Shown here one piece after another: positions 46,359-55,526 of a DNA stretch of 64,000 nt (position 1 is its first letter; each line of letters opens with the position of its first letter). Where the stretch lies: positions 1,024,001 through 1,088,000 of the forward strand of contig CAWCAG010000005.1 in the NCBI GenBank assembly GCA_963793425.1, written 5' to 3'. The notes below the pieces were generated by a model. The model was given only the letters and a program-made list of their open reading frames with translations, did not search any database and was not told where the DNA came from. A program made the translations under genes and the position numbers. This DNA is from an uncultured cyanobacterium. GTDB taxonomy: Bacteria > Cyanobacteriota > Cyanobacteriia > Cyanobacteriales > CAWCAG01.

Positions 46359-48161
46359 ATGAATCAACTGTTCAAGCAAAATCTCTCTGTTTGGATCAGA
46401 AAATTGCTTCGCCGTCTGAGCATAGCTGAAAAAATTAGCTATGGCTATACCCTCGCGATTGGCATCGGGGTTTTCGGCACAACAGTAGGACTTATTTTAG
46501 GAGAATATTATGAAAGACAAGCTTTGAACACCCTAACTGTGGCAGACAAACAACAAAGTTTGTTATTAGAGTTAGAAAATAGCCTCTTGCAAATGCGTAA
46601 CCACCCCCAAAAATTATTGCCAACTTTGGGTAAAGCAATTAGTTTCGATTTTGAACGTTCTACATTTGTTGGCCACGTTGAAAGAGTTAAAAAGAATATA
46701 TCTGATTTAGTTATATTTGTTAATGAATATCCCCAGCATTCAGCTATTGACTCCAGAGAATTTGAGCAGTTTTTAATTAATTATGAAACCGCCGTTACTT
46801 CTTATACACAATCAATTAATAGTTTATATGAACAAATTGCTCCTCCAGACCTCAAACCAGAAGAAATACAAGGGGCAAGACAAGATTTACTAACTTTTTT
46901 AAGTGAAGATGTTGTCAGCCCAGCAGATAGCGAATTTACGAGTTTATCAGAACAGTTAGTCGCCATTAAGGAAGCAGCAAAAACTCAAGCAGAGGAAGCT
47001 GAGAAAAAGTTAAGAGCTGCTTTGGATTTGCGGATACAGATTATTACTTTTAGTATGTTAGTTAGTGCAGCGATCGCACTTTTATTAGCAGTTCATACCA
47101 GTCGCCATATTGCCAAACCTTTAAAAGCTGTAACTCATTTAGCTCAAAGAGTCACTAAGGAATCTAATTTTAATTTAAGAGCGTCTGTAGTCACAGAAGA
47201 TGAAGTAGGTTCTTTGGCTATTTCTCTTAATCAGTTAATTAAAAGAGTCGGTCAATATACTCAAGAATTAGAAATAAATCGCCAAAGTTTGGAAGAAAGG
47301 GTTCAGGAACGTACCCAAGAATTAACAAAAGCTCTGGGAGAATTAAGAGAAACTCAGTCTCAATTAATTCAAACTGAAAAGATGTCTAGTTTAGGACAAA
47401 TGGTAGGAGGAATTGCTCACGAAATAAATAATCCTGTTAATTTTATTTATGGTAACATTCAGTATACTGAAGAATATACTGAAAGTTTATTAAAATTAGT
47501 TCAGCTTTATCATCAAAAGTATCCTAAACCCGATTCTGAAATTGGTGATTATGTTGAAGAAATTGATTTAGACTTCTTAGCTGAAGATTTACCAAAACTG
47601 ATTGCTTCGATGACTATGGGAGCAGAAAGAATTAGGAAAATTGTTCTTTCTCTCAAGAACTTTTCTCGTCTTGATGAAGCAGAGATGAAAAAGGTTGATA
47701 TCCACGAAGGTATTGATAATACCCTATTAATTTTAAACAGTCGCTTGAAGAAAAATATTCAAGTAGTACAAGACTATGGTGACTTTCCTTTGATTGAATG
47801 TTATCCCGCGCAACTTAATCAGGTTTTTATGAACATTATTGCTAATGCTATTGATGCTCTAGAAGAGCATAATGAAAATGCTAATGGATGTAAAATAAAT
47901 CCGGTGATCACTATTTGTAGCTGCCAAATTGATGTTAATTTAATTAAAATAAGAATTGGTGACAATGGCCCAGGAATTGCTAATCATATTAAGGATAAAT
48001 TATTTGATCCTTTCTTTACCACCAAGCATGTGGGGAAAGGAACTGGTTTAGGTTTATCAATCTGTTATCAAATTGTGGAAAAGCATAAGGGAAAAATTGA
48101 AGTTGATTCCCAAATGGGTAAAGGAACAGAGTTTACTATTACTTTACCTATTGAACGGTGA
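46359..48161 (+). CDS. HAMP-domain sensor histidine kinase
   Basis: 2 TM, HAMP, H-box GIAHEINNP, NAIDA, DNGPG, PFFTTK, GTGLGL. Confidence 0.93.
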   Translation: MNQLFKQNLSVWIRKLLRRLSIAEKISYGYTLAIGIGVFGTTVGLILGEYYERQALNTLTVADKQQSLLLELENSLLQMRNHPQKLLPTLGKAISFDFERSTFVGHVERVKKNISDLVIFVNEYPQHSAIDSREFEQFLINYETAVTSYTQSINSLYEQIAPPDLKPEEIQGARQDLLTFLSEDVVSPADSEFTSLSEQLVAIKEAAKTQAEEAEKKLRAALDLRIQIITFSMLVSAAIALLLAVHTSRHIAKPLKAVTHLAQRVTKESNFNLRASVVTEDEVGSLAISLNQLIKRVGQYTQELEINRQSLEERVQERTQELTKALGELRETQSQLIQTEKMSSLGQMVGGIAHEINNPVNFIYGNIQYTEEYTESLLKLVQLYHQKYPKPDSEIGDYVEEIDLDFLAEDLPKLIASMTMGAERIRKIVLSLKNFSRLDEAEMKKVDIHEGIDNTLLILNSRLKKNIQVVQDYGDFPLIECYPAQLNQVFMNIIANAIDALEEHNENANGCKINPVITICSCQIDVNLIKIRIGDNGPGIANHIKDKLFDPFFTTKHVGKGTGLGLSICYQIVEKHKGKIEVDSQMGKGTEFTITLPIER

Positions 48162-48190
48162 TTTCATTAAACATTTAAAATTTATCATTT

Positions 48191-48601
48191 ATGTCAAGAA
48201 ATAATTTAGACATTCTTCAACAATTACGTGTAGCGAGTGCTGATCTTCTTTGGATGAGTGAATCTGATTATCCTTTTGAAGTATTTACTTACTCTCAAAA
48301 AGATGTACCAGAAATGAATGAGATAGTTGTTTTGGAAAAGATGGCTAAACAGACCAATACTCCTATTAAAACCGTGGAATTTGAACAGTTTTTTCAGCTA
48401 GCAACTACAGAGAAAGAGTGGCATAATGCTTCAGAAAAAGAAACTGTGAAACAGTATCAAAATTTAGTTTCTACTCTCCAAGAGAATCTTGAAAATCTCC
48501 AAGTTTATCTTATCGGTGAAACTGAAATTGATGTTTATATTTTAGGGAAACTTCCTTCAGGAGATTGGGCGGTTTTATCAACAAAGATGGTGCAAACGTA
48601 A
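48191..48601 (+). CDS. Nuclease A inhibitor (NuiA) family protein
   Basis: LLWMSESDYPFEV, EIDVYILG, STKMVQT. Confidence 0.85.
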   Translation: MSRNNLDILQQLRVASADLLWMSESDYPFEVFTYSQKDVPEMNEIVVLEKMAKQTNTPIKTVEFEQFFQLATTEKEWHNASEKETVKQYQNLVSTLQENLENLQVYLIGETEIDVYILGKLPSGDWAVLSTKMVQT

Positions 48602-48677
48602 ATAATTGCTAGTAGCTAATAGCTAATTCTCTTAAAACCCTTGATCCGTCAATTTTTAATTAACAAACCACTAGATA

Positions 48678-49454
48678 TTATTGATAAAAATCCCTGTCTT
48701 GAATAGCTAAAAGCTTGGAACGTAGTATACGAAGTCTATAATACCACTTGCGTTTTAACTGAGCGGATTGAGGCTCAACTATCTCTTTATGTATATCTTG
48801 ATGTACCAAAGCTGAATTTAGCCTTGTCCAATGTTCATTTTTTTCTACTTCCCAGCCTACATAAGCTGCTGCTAAGCCGAGTATCGCCCCTTCCCCTGCA
48901 CCTAACTTATGAATATCCCAGTAATGGGCTAGCTTTCTCCAGCAAGCCAAAAACTTTTGTTCTTTGCCAGAATCTCGTCTGATCACAAATAAACTTTCTC
49001 CAATCCATCTAATACTATCTAGTTCTAAATCTAGGCGATCGCAGATTTTTTCTAGATGAATAAGAGTCTTAGGATTATATTTTCTTGTATGTTCTACAAG
49101 AGATTCACTCCTACCAGTAATACCGAGTTGCCAATTCTCATTAACTAGAGTTTCAACAGGTTGTAAGAAAGTGATATCAACATCCACTTGAACAACTACA
49201 GAAAATCTTTGTAGTGCTGCATCAATAGCGAATAGTTTGTCATTATAGGGACGGTAGCCAAAGTAATGACGGTGGGGAATAGCAATTACATTATCAAACT
49301 CTTTGAAATAACTTACATTGTCAGTGGCAACAACTAACTTTATACCTGGTGCAAATTCAGTTAAATTTTTTGCTAATTTCCCTGCACAATTCCAATAAGG
49401 TGGACTTAAAGCCAGGGCAGAAAAACAACAGTCATTCTTTGTGTTTAGTGACAT
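48678..49454 (-). CDS. Hypothetical protein, possible GT-A-fold glycosyltransferase
   Basis: 258-aa ORF; VVATDN, YNDKLFAI, VQVDVDI (DxD-like), GEG motif. Confidence 0.6.
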   Translation of the reverse strand: MSLNTKNDCCFSALALSPPYWNCAGKLAKNLTEFAPGIKLVVATDNVSYFKEFDNVIAIPHRHYFGYRPYNDKLFAIDAALQRFSVVVQVDVDITFLQPVETLVNENWQLGITGRSESLVEHTRKYNPKTLIHLEKICDRLDLELDSIRWIGESLFVIRRDSGKEQKFLACWRKLAHYWDIHKLGAGEGAILGLAAAYVGWEVEKNEHWTRLNSALVHQDIHKEIVEPQSAQLKRKWYYRLRILRSKLLAIQDRDFYQ

Positions 49455-49456
49455 AA

Positions 49457-49562
49457 ATCAGTTATCAGTGAACAGTTATCAGTTATCAGTTATCAGTTAT
49501 CAGTAAATGTAGTTGATAGCTAAGACCATAAATAGTAACTAGCAACTAGCAATTAGCAACTA
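49457..49562. repeat. STRR-like heptamer runs (TCAGTTA)n and (TAGCAAC)n
   Basis: Directly visible; similar runs at about 4968, 17503, 45195, 54304 and 61747. Confidence 0.8.
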
Positions 49563-49570
49563 ACCTTAAT

Positions 49571-51085
49571 TTACCCTTCAACCAACTTCAAAACTTCACC
49601 AATAGCAACTTGTTCTTGCTTGTTAGCAGCCAAATCCCTCAACATCACTTTAGCTGCCTTCTCTTCTTGTGAGCCTAAAATTACAGCAAAAGGAATACCT
49701 TGTTTAACAGCATATTGCAAGTTACTAGAAACATTCTTACTTCGTACATCTAGTTCTACTTTTAACCCGCCGTGGCGCAACTTTTCTGCTACTTGGATAC
49801 CGTAACTATATTCTTGGGGAGTCACAGGAATAACTAAAACATCTACAGTTTCTGTGACCTTAGTTGGTAACAAATTTTCCTCTTCTAAAGCTAGTCTTAA
49901 TCTTTCCATACCGAAAGAAAATCCTGTAGCGGGGATATTCTTTTTACCACTTAGGGTAGCAACTAATTCATCATATCTACCACCACCACACAATTGCTGT
50001 CCTTTTCCTGAATCACCGTGATGAATCTCGAAAATTGTCCCAGTGTAGTATTGCAAACCGCGACTCATACCAAAATCCAAGCTAATACTTTCTTGGTTAA
50101 TATCGTAGGATTCTAGGTTTTTAAGAATATCACGCAATTCACCCAAAGCCGAACTATCAACTTCATATGCCTTCAAAACTTTTTCTGCTTGGGGTAAAGC
50201 AGCTTCTGGCTTCCCTTTAATTTGCCCCAATTCTGCCATAAAACCCAAGGCTTTGTTTATAGCTGGGTTTTGATCTTGGTGCTTAATTTTATCTAATAAG
50301 CGTTCAGCAATTTCTTCTGAGGGGCGAGTATCATCTAAATTAATATTCATACTCTCCACCAATTCTAAAATCGCTAACCGCGCTTCTGAGTTGGAGCTAT
50401 GTTGGAAAAGTTGAGTTAATTTATTGGTACTAGGAATATCTTCTACAGCAGCGCCAAAGTAAGGATAAATCTCTTGTAAACTCTTTTCTATGTACTCCCG
50501 ACCTTCTCTGCGTAACACCTCCATATTCGCCAGCAAAAAGCTGCTGAGGCGATTTTCTAAATTTAAACTTCCCAGAAACTTACTTAAAACGTTAATGTGA
50601 CCAATAACCAGGCGATAATTACTTAAACCTAACTTCCCTAAAGCCTTACAAGCAGTTGCGATCGCCTCAGCATCAGCCATAGCCCCCCCCGCCCCAAGCA
50701 TCTCTACTCCCATTTGGGTAAACTGGCGGTATTTACCCCTTTGAGGTTTTTCATAACGAAATACTGGCCCTTGATAATAAAGGCGTAGGGGCAAAGGCTG
50801 CCCTTGTAAATTATCTATATACGCCCTGACAATAGAAGCAGTAAACTCCGGACGCAAGCAAAGGCGACGGTTATAAAAGGTAAAATCGTACATCCGAGAG
50901 ATTAATTCTTCTCCAGATTTACGCAAATAAAGTTCTGTATATTCGAGAATGGGAACATCAATGGGACGATAGCCAAAAGATTGGAAACAGCTACTGAGTT
51001 GTGCCGCAATTTGCTGTTCTACAGTACAAATATCAGGCAAGATGTCATTGACACCCCGGACTCTTTCGATTTTAGTAGTTCGCAT
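49571..51085 (-). CDS. hisS: Histidine--tRNA ligase-like protein (HisS/HisZ family)
   Basis: RGVNDILP, LRPEFTASIVR, FRYEKPQRGKYRQFTQ, RGLQYYTG, GGGRYD, GFSFGMERL, C-terminal anticodon-binding domain. Confidence 0.8.
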   Translation of the reverse strand: MRTTKIERVRGVNDILPDICTVEQQIAAQLSSCFQSFGYRPIDVPILEYTELYLRKSGEELISRMYDFTFYNRRLCLRPEFTASIVRAYIDNLQGQPLPLRLYYQGPVFRYEKPQRGKYRQFTQMGVEMLGAGGAMADAEAIATACKALGKLGLSNYRLVIGHINVLSKFLGSLNLENRLSSFLLANMEVLRREGREYIEKSLQEIYPYFGAAVEDIPSTNKLTQLFQHSSNSEARLAILELVESMNINLDDTRPSEEIAERLLDKIKHQDQNPAINKALGFMAELGQIKGKPEAALPQAEKVLKAYEVDSSALGELRDILKNLESYDINQESISLDFGMSRGLQYYTGTIFEIHHGDSGKGQQLCGGGRYDELVATLSGKKNIPATGFSFGMERLRLALEEENLLPTKVTETVDVLVIPVTPQEYSYGIQVAEKLRHGGLKVELDVRSKNVSSNLQYAVKQGIPFAVILGSQEEKAAKVMLRDLAANKQEQVAIGEVLKLVEG

Positions 51086-51131
51086 AGTTTAATTGATTAG
51101 AATATTGCAAGACTTAGGTTTGGCTAGAGTG

Positions 51132-52004
51132 ATGAGATTTATAAACCCTAAAACTGACTACGCCTTTAAGAAAATCTTTGGTTCAGAACAAAGCAAAAAT
51201 ATTCTTATTAGTTTTCTCAATGCCTTGATTTATGAAGGCAATTCTACCATTGAAGACTTAGAAATCATCAATCCTAACTTACCCCCAAGACTAGAAGGCT
51301 TAAAAGATACTTACCTCGATGTCAAAGCGAAACTGAATGATGGCACAATAATTATTATTGAAATGCAAGTTTTAAATGTGCAGTCTTTTGGTAAAAGAGT
51401 CTTGTTCAATGCGGCAAAGACTTACGCCTTTCAACTGCAAAGGGGAGAAGGCTACCGAATGCTGAAACCAGTTATTGCCTTAACCCTGACAGATTTTGAA
51501 ATGTTCCCCCAACGTGATCATTTTACCTCTCGCTTTGTTTATCGAGAAGTGTCCGATGGTTCTCTTTATCGTGAAAACGATATCGAACTGTTGTTTGTGG
51601 AATTGCCAAAATTCACCAAAGAGGAAGCACAACTCGAAACTATTACGGATAAATGGATTTACTTCATTAAGTCTGCGCGATCACTAACTGGTATACCAGA
51701 AAATATGGATGATACTCCTGAACTCCACCAAGCCTTTGAAATCGCCAACCAAGCCAACTTAACCCCTGATGAACTTGATGATTTTGAACGCCGAGAAATG
51801 TTTATTTATGATCAACAAGGGGCCGTTAACCTTGGTAGGGAAGAAGGCATTGAACAGGGCATTGAACAGGGCATTGAACGGGGTAAGGAACAAGAAAAAC
51901 TTGCCATCGCCCGGAAATTACTTAATCAATTGAATGATGAAGTAATCGCACAAACAACAGGATTAAGTATTGAAGCAATTCAAGATTTACGCAAGGAGCA
52001 ATAA
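51132..52004 (+). CDS. Rpn/PD-(D/E)XK nuclease family putative transposase
   Basis: FINPKTDYAFKKIFG, LDVKA..IIEMQ, FVELPKF, (GIEQ)n tail, IAQTTGLS. Confidence 0.9.
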   Translation: MRFINPKTDYAFKKIFGSEQSKNILISFLNALIYEGNSTIEDLEIINPNLPPRLEGLKDTYLDVKAKLNDGTIIIIEMQVLNVQSFGKRVLFNAAKTYAFQLQRGEGYRMLKPVIALTLTDFEMFPQRDHFTSRFVYREVSDGSLYRENDIELLFVELPKFTKEEAQLETITDKWIYFIKSARSLTGIPENMDDTPELHQAFEIANQANLTPDELDDFERREMFIYDQQGAVNLGREEGIEQGIEQGIERGKEQEKLAIARKLLNQLNDEVIAQTTGLSIEAIQDLRKEQ

Positions 52005-52116
52005 GCACAAGATAGAATAAATTCAGAATACTGAATATATATTTGTGTAAATTGGTTAGGCTAGAGTGCAAACTTAGCTAACAATTGGGAAGCAACAGCA
52101 GGAGAAGAAAGCGCCC

Positions 52117-54306
52117 ATGGGCAGAGTAGTCGGCATAGATTTGGGAACAACCAACTCCGTAGTAGCAGTTATGGAAGGTGGCAAGCCAATCGTGATTCCA
52201 AATTCAGAAGGAACACGCACCACTCCTTCTGTGGTTGGTTTTAATAAAGATGGCGAGTTGGTAGTAGGTCAAATGGCCCGTAGGCAGGCTGTTCTTAATC
52301 CTCAGAATACTTTTTATGGGGGCAAACGTCTCATCGGGCGCAAGTATTCAGAATTGACCCCGGAATCGAAGCAGGTTCCTTATACCATTCGTCGGGATGA
52401 AAATGGTAATCCGAAAATTAGGTGTCCTCGCTTGCGCCAAGAATTTTCCCCAGAAGAAATTGCAGCGAAGATTTTGCGGAAGCTAGCCGAAGAAGCTAGT
52501 CGTTATTTGGGGGAAGAAGTTACCGGGGCAGTGATTACGGTTCCTGCTTATTTTAATGATTCCCAAAGGCAAGCAACTAGGGATGCAGGCAAGATTGCTG
52601 GGTTGGAGGTTTTAAGGATTTTTAATGAACCTACTGCTGCTTCTTTGGCCTACGGTTTAGAACAGAAAAGTAATCGTACCATCCTCGTATTTGATGTGGG
52701 AGGAGGAACTTTTGATGTTTCTGTCCTTGAAGTGGGAGATGGAGTATTTGAAGTTCGTTCTACTAGCGGGGATACTCAGTTGGGGGGCAATGATTTTGAT
52801 CGTAAAATTGTTGATTGGTTAGCCGAACAGTTCTTAGAAACAGAAAAAGTGGATTTAAGGCGCGATCGCCAATCCTTGCAAAGATTAATGGAAGCGGCGG
52901 AAAAAGCGAAAATCGAACTTTCTGGAGTATCGGTTACAGAAATTAATTTACCCTTTATCACTGCTACAGAAGAAGGGCCAAAACATATTGAAACTCAGTT
53001 AACTCGTAATCAGTTTGAGGAATTATGTGGGGATTTGGTAAGTCGCTTACGCCGTCCCTTAAAACGGGCTGTGGTGGATGCTGGTTTGACCCCCAGGCAA
53101 ATTGATGACGTGGTACTGGTGGGGGGTTCTACTCGTATTCCGATGGTACAGGAGTTGGTGGAGAGTTTGATTAACCGCGAACCCAACCAAAATGTTAACC
53201 CCGATGAAGTTGTGGCGGTGGGGGCAGCGATTCAAGCGGGGATTGTAGGGGGAGAAATTAAGGATGTTCTCCTTTTGGATGTTACCCCCCTCTCCTTGGG
53301 TTTAGAAACCATTGGTGGAGTGACCAAAAAACTGATCCCTCGCAACACTACTATTCCCGTTCGCCGTTCCGACATCTTTTCTACCGGAGAAAATAACCAA
53401 ACAATGGTAGAAGTTCATGTCCTCCAAGGAGAAAGGGAAATGGCTGCTGATAACAAATCTTTGGGACGTTTCAAACTTACAGGTATTCCTCCTGCCCCTA
53501 GGGGAATCCCCCAAGTTCAAGTCGCTTTTGATATTGATGCTAACGGTATTCTCCAAGTCTCTACTATGGATAAAACCACCGGCAGAGAGCAAACTGTCAC
53601 CGTTCAAGGGTCTTCTACCCTCAGCGAAACAGAAATCAACAAAATGATCCAGGAAGCAGAAGAGTTTTCTCAATTAGATAGGGAACGCCGAGAAAGAATC
53701 GAAAAACGCAATCGCGCCCAAGCTTTGATCGATCAATCCCAAAGACGACTCCGGGAAGTAACCCTAGATTTTGGTAGCCAATTTGCTAGTTATTATCGTC
53801 GTCGCATCGAAGTTTTAATCGCAGAAATGCGTAATAGCTTAGAAAAAAATGACGAAAGGGGTATAGATCGCTCTCAATCTGATTTACAAGATACATTATA
53901 TGAATTAAACAGAGAAATCAGGATGCAATATGAAGACGAAGAAGATGACTTCTTCGGTTCGATTAAACGCACCTTCACCGGGGAAAAAGATCCTGATTAC
54001 GAAGCCCCCTACAATCCTAGAACTTCACCGGGATATGGCGGCGGAAGTAGTTACGATGACTACGAAGAACGTCCTCAACCCCGTTACAAAGATCCTTATA
54101 AGGAACGTCCTCAACCTCGTTACAAAGATTCCTACGACGATGGATACGATAACCGTAGCGATTACGCTCCGCCTACCACCAGAGGTGATCGCCGATACCG
54201 CCGCCCCAAGGACGAAGAATACCAACCTGAACGCAACAGTAAAAATCGCCCCCGACGTTATGAGTATGAAAATGATTGGGATGAAGAAGATGATGATTGG
54301 TTCTAA
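52117..54306 (+). CDS. dnaK: Hsp70 chaperone DnaK (DnaK3-like, long Tyr/Asp-rich tail)
   Basis: [30 protein letters not shown]; tail ending WDEEDDDWF. Confidence 0.96.
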   Translation: MGRVVGIDLGTTNSVVAVMEGGKPIVIPNSEGTRTTPSVVGFNKDGELVVGQMARRQAVLNPQNTFYGGKRLIGRKYSELTPESKQVPYTIRRDENGNPKIRCPRLRQEFSPEEIAAKILRKLAEEASRYLGEEVTGAVITVPAYFNDSQRQATRDAGKIAGLEVLRIFNEPTAASLAYGLEQKSNRTILVFDVGGGTFDVSVLEVGDGVFEVRSTSGDTQLGGNDFDRKIVDWLAEQFLETEKVDLRRDRQSLQRLMEAAEKAKIELSGVSVTEINLPFITATEEGPKHIETQLTRNQFEELCGDLVSRLRRPLKRAVVDAGLTPRQIDDVVLVGGSTRIPMVQELVESLINREPNQNVNPDEVVAVGAAIQAGIVGGEIKDVLLLDVTPLSLGLETIGGVTKKLIPRNTTIPVRRSDIFSTGENNQTMVEVHVLQGEREMAADNKSLGRFKLTGIPPAPRGIPQVQVAFDIDANGILQVSTMDKTTGREQTVTVQGSSTLSETEINKMIQEAEEFSQLDRERRERIEKRNRAQALIDQSQRRLREVTLDFGSQFASYYRRRIEVLIAEMRNSLEKNDERGIDRSQSDLQDTLYELNREIRMQYEDEEDDFFGSIKRTFTGEKDPDYEAPYNPRTSPGYGGGSSYDDYEERPQPRYKDPYKERPQPRYKDSYDDGYDNRSDYAPPTTRGDRRYRRPKDEEYQPERNSKNRPRRYEYENDWDEEDDDWF

Positions 54307-54442
54307 TCATTGATCATTAATCATTAATCATTGCTCAATGCAGAGGCGACCCTTTTTCTTATTATTGGCAAGCTAGAGTTTGAATTGAGCCTTTGCCCGT
54401 TGGTTTAGCCTACTATTCTCTGTTCCCTGTTCCCTGTTCCTT

Positions 54443-55438
54443 ATGCAAAACTTCCGCAACTACTACGAAATTCTGGGTATTAGTAAAGATGTCTCAGCAG
54501 AAGAGATTAAACGGGCTTATCGAAAACTAGCCCGGAAGTACCACCCTGATTTAAATCCGGGGGACAAGGTTGCTGAGGAGAAGTTTAAGAATCTTGGGGA
54601 AGCTTACGAAGTTCTCTCTGATGAGGCTAAGCGGTCAGAGTACGACCAGTTTACTCGTTATTGGCAACAGAAAGGCTTTCGTAAAGGGAAGGTGGCTGGT
54701 GGGGTTCGTAATAGCAGTCGTGGTGTAGATTACAGTCAGTATGGCGATTTTAATAGCTTTGTTGACCAGTTGATGGGTAGGCGAAGAGAAACAGGGGTAG
54801 GAGTTAAAAATAGACCGCCTAGTACTAGAATTACTACCAAAGATGCCTACCGTCCCGGAACGACTAAAAGTGCTTATACAGTGGGGGGAAGCGATAATGA
54901 TCGTCCTCCTGTTGCTAAGAAAAGCCGCCGTAATGTCGAAGCTAGGTTAACTCTACCCTTAGAAAAAGCTTACCAGGGCGGGAAAGAACGCATTCGTTTA
55001 GAAGATGGGCGTTCTTTGGAAGTGGAAATGCCTAAAGGGATGGTTGATGAACAAAAAATTCGCTTGCGGGGACAGGGGATTAATGGTGGGGATCTTTATT
55101 TGAAAATCACTGTTAAACCTCATGCCTTTTTTGTTTTACAAGGGAAAAATATTTTTTGCCAAGTTCCCTTAACTCCCACAGAAGCAGTTTTAGGGGGGGC
55201 GGTGGAAGTTCCTACCCTTGATGGTTTGGTGAAGATGAATGTTCCTCAAGGAGTGAAATCAGGTCAAAGATTGCGGCTGGCTAATAAAGGATATCCCGAT
55301 GGAAAAGGGAAACGAGGTGATCAATTGGTGGAGATAGAGGTGATTATCCCCAAAGAAATTAGCCCCGCTGAAAAAGAACTATACGAAAAGTTGCGAGAGG
55401 TAGAAACATTTAAACCCCGGCAAGATTTATTAAAGTAA
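54443..55438 (+). CDS. dnaJ: DnaJ-class co-chaperone (type II, no zinc finger)
   Basis: J-domain HPD, C-terminal DnaJ_C domains; directly follows dnaK. Confidence 0.9.
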   Translation: MQNFRNYYEILGISKDVSAEEIKRAYRKLARKYHPDLNPGDKVAEEKFKNLGEAYEVLSDEAKRSEYDQFTRYWQQKGFRKGKVAGGVRNSSRGVDYSQYGDFNSFVDQLMGRRRETGVGVKNRPPSTRITTKDAYRPGTTKSAYTVGGSDNDRPPVAKKSRRNVEARLTLPLEKAYQGGKERIRLEDGRSLEVEMPKGMVDEQKIRLRGQGINGGDLYLKITVKPHAFFVLQGKNIFCQVPLTPTEAVLGGAVEVPTLDGLVKMNVPQGVKSGQRLRLANKGYPDGKGKRGDQLVEIEVIIPKEISPAEKELYEKLREVETFKPRQDLLK

Positions 55439-55526
55439 AATTACTTTCCTCTACTCCCTTCTCCCTTCTACCTACTCCCCACCTTCACGAATAACCTGTG
55501 CTGCTAAAAAGGATCTAGTATAAATT

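Noticed and set aside
51132..52004. Rpn gene as an active IS element
   Set aside because: No terminal inverted repeats or target duplication are seen; this family is usually non-mobile in cyanobacteria.
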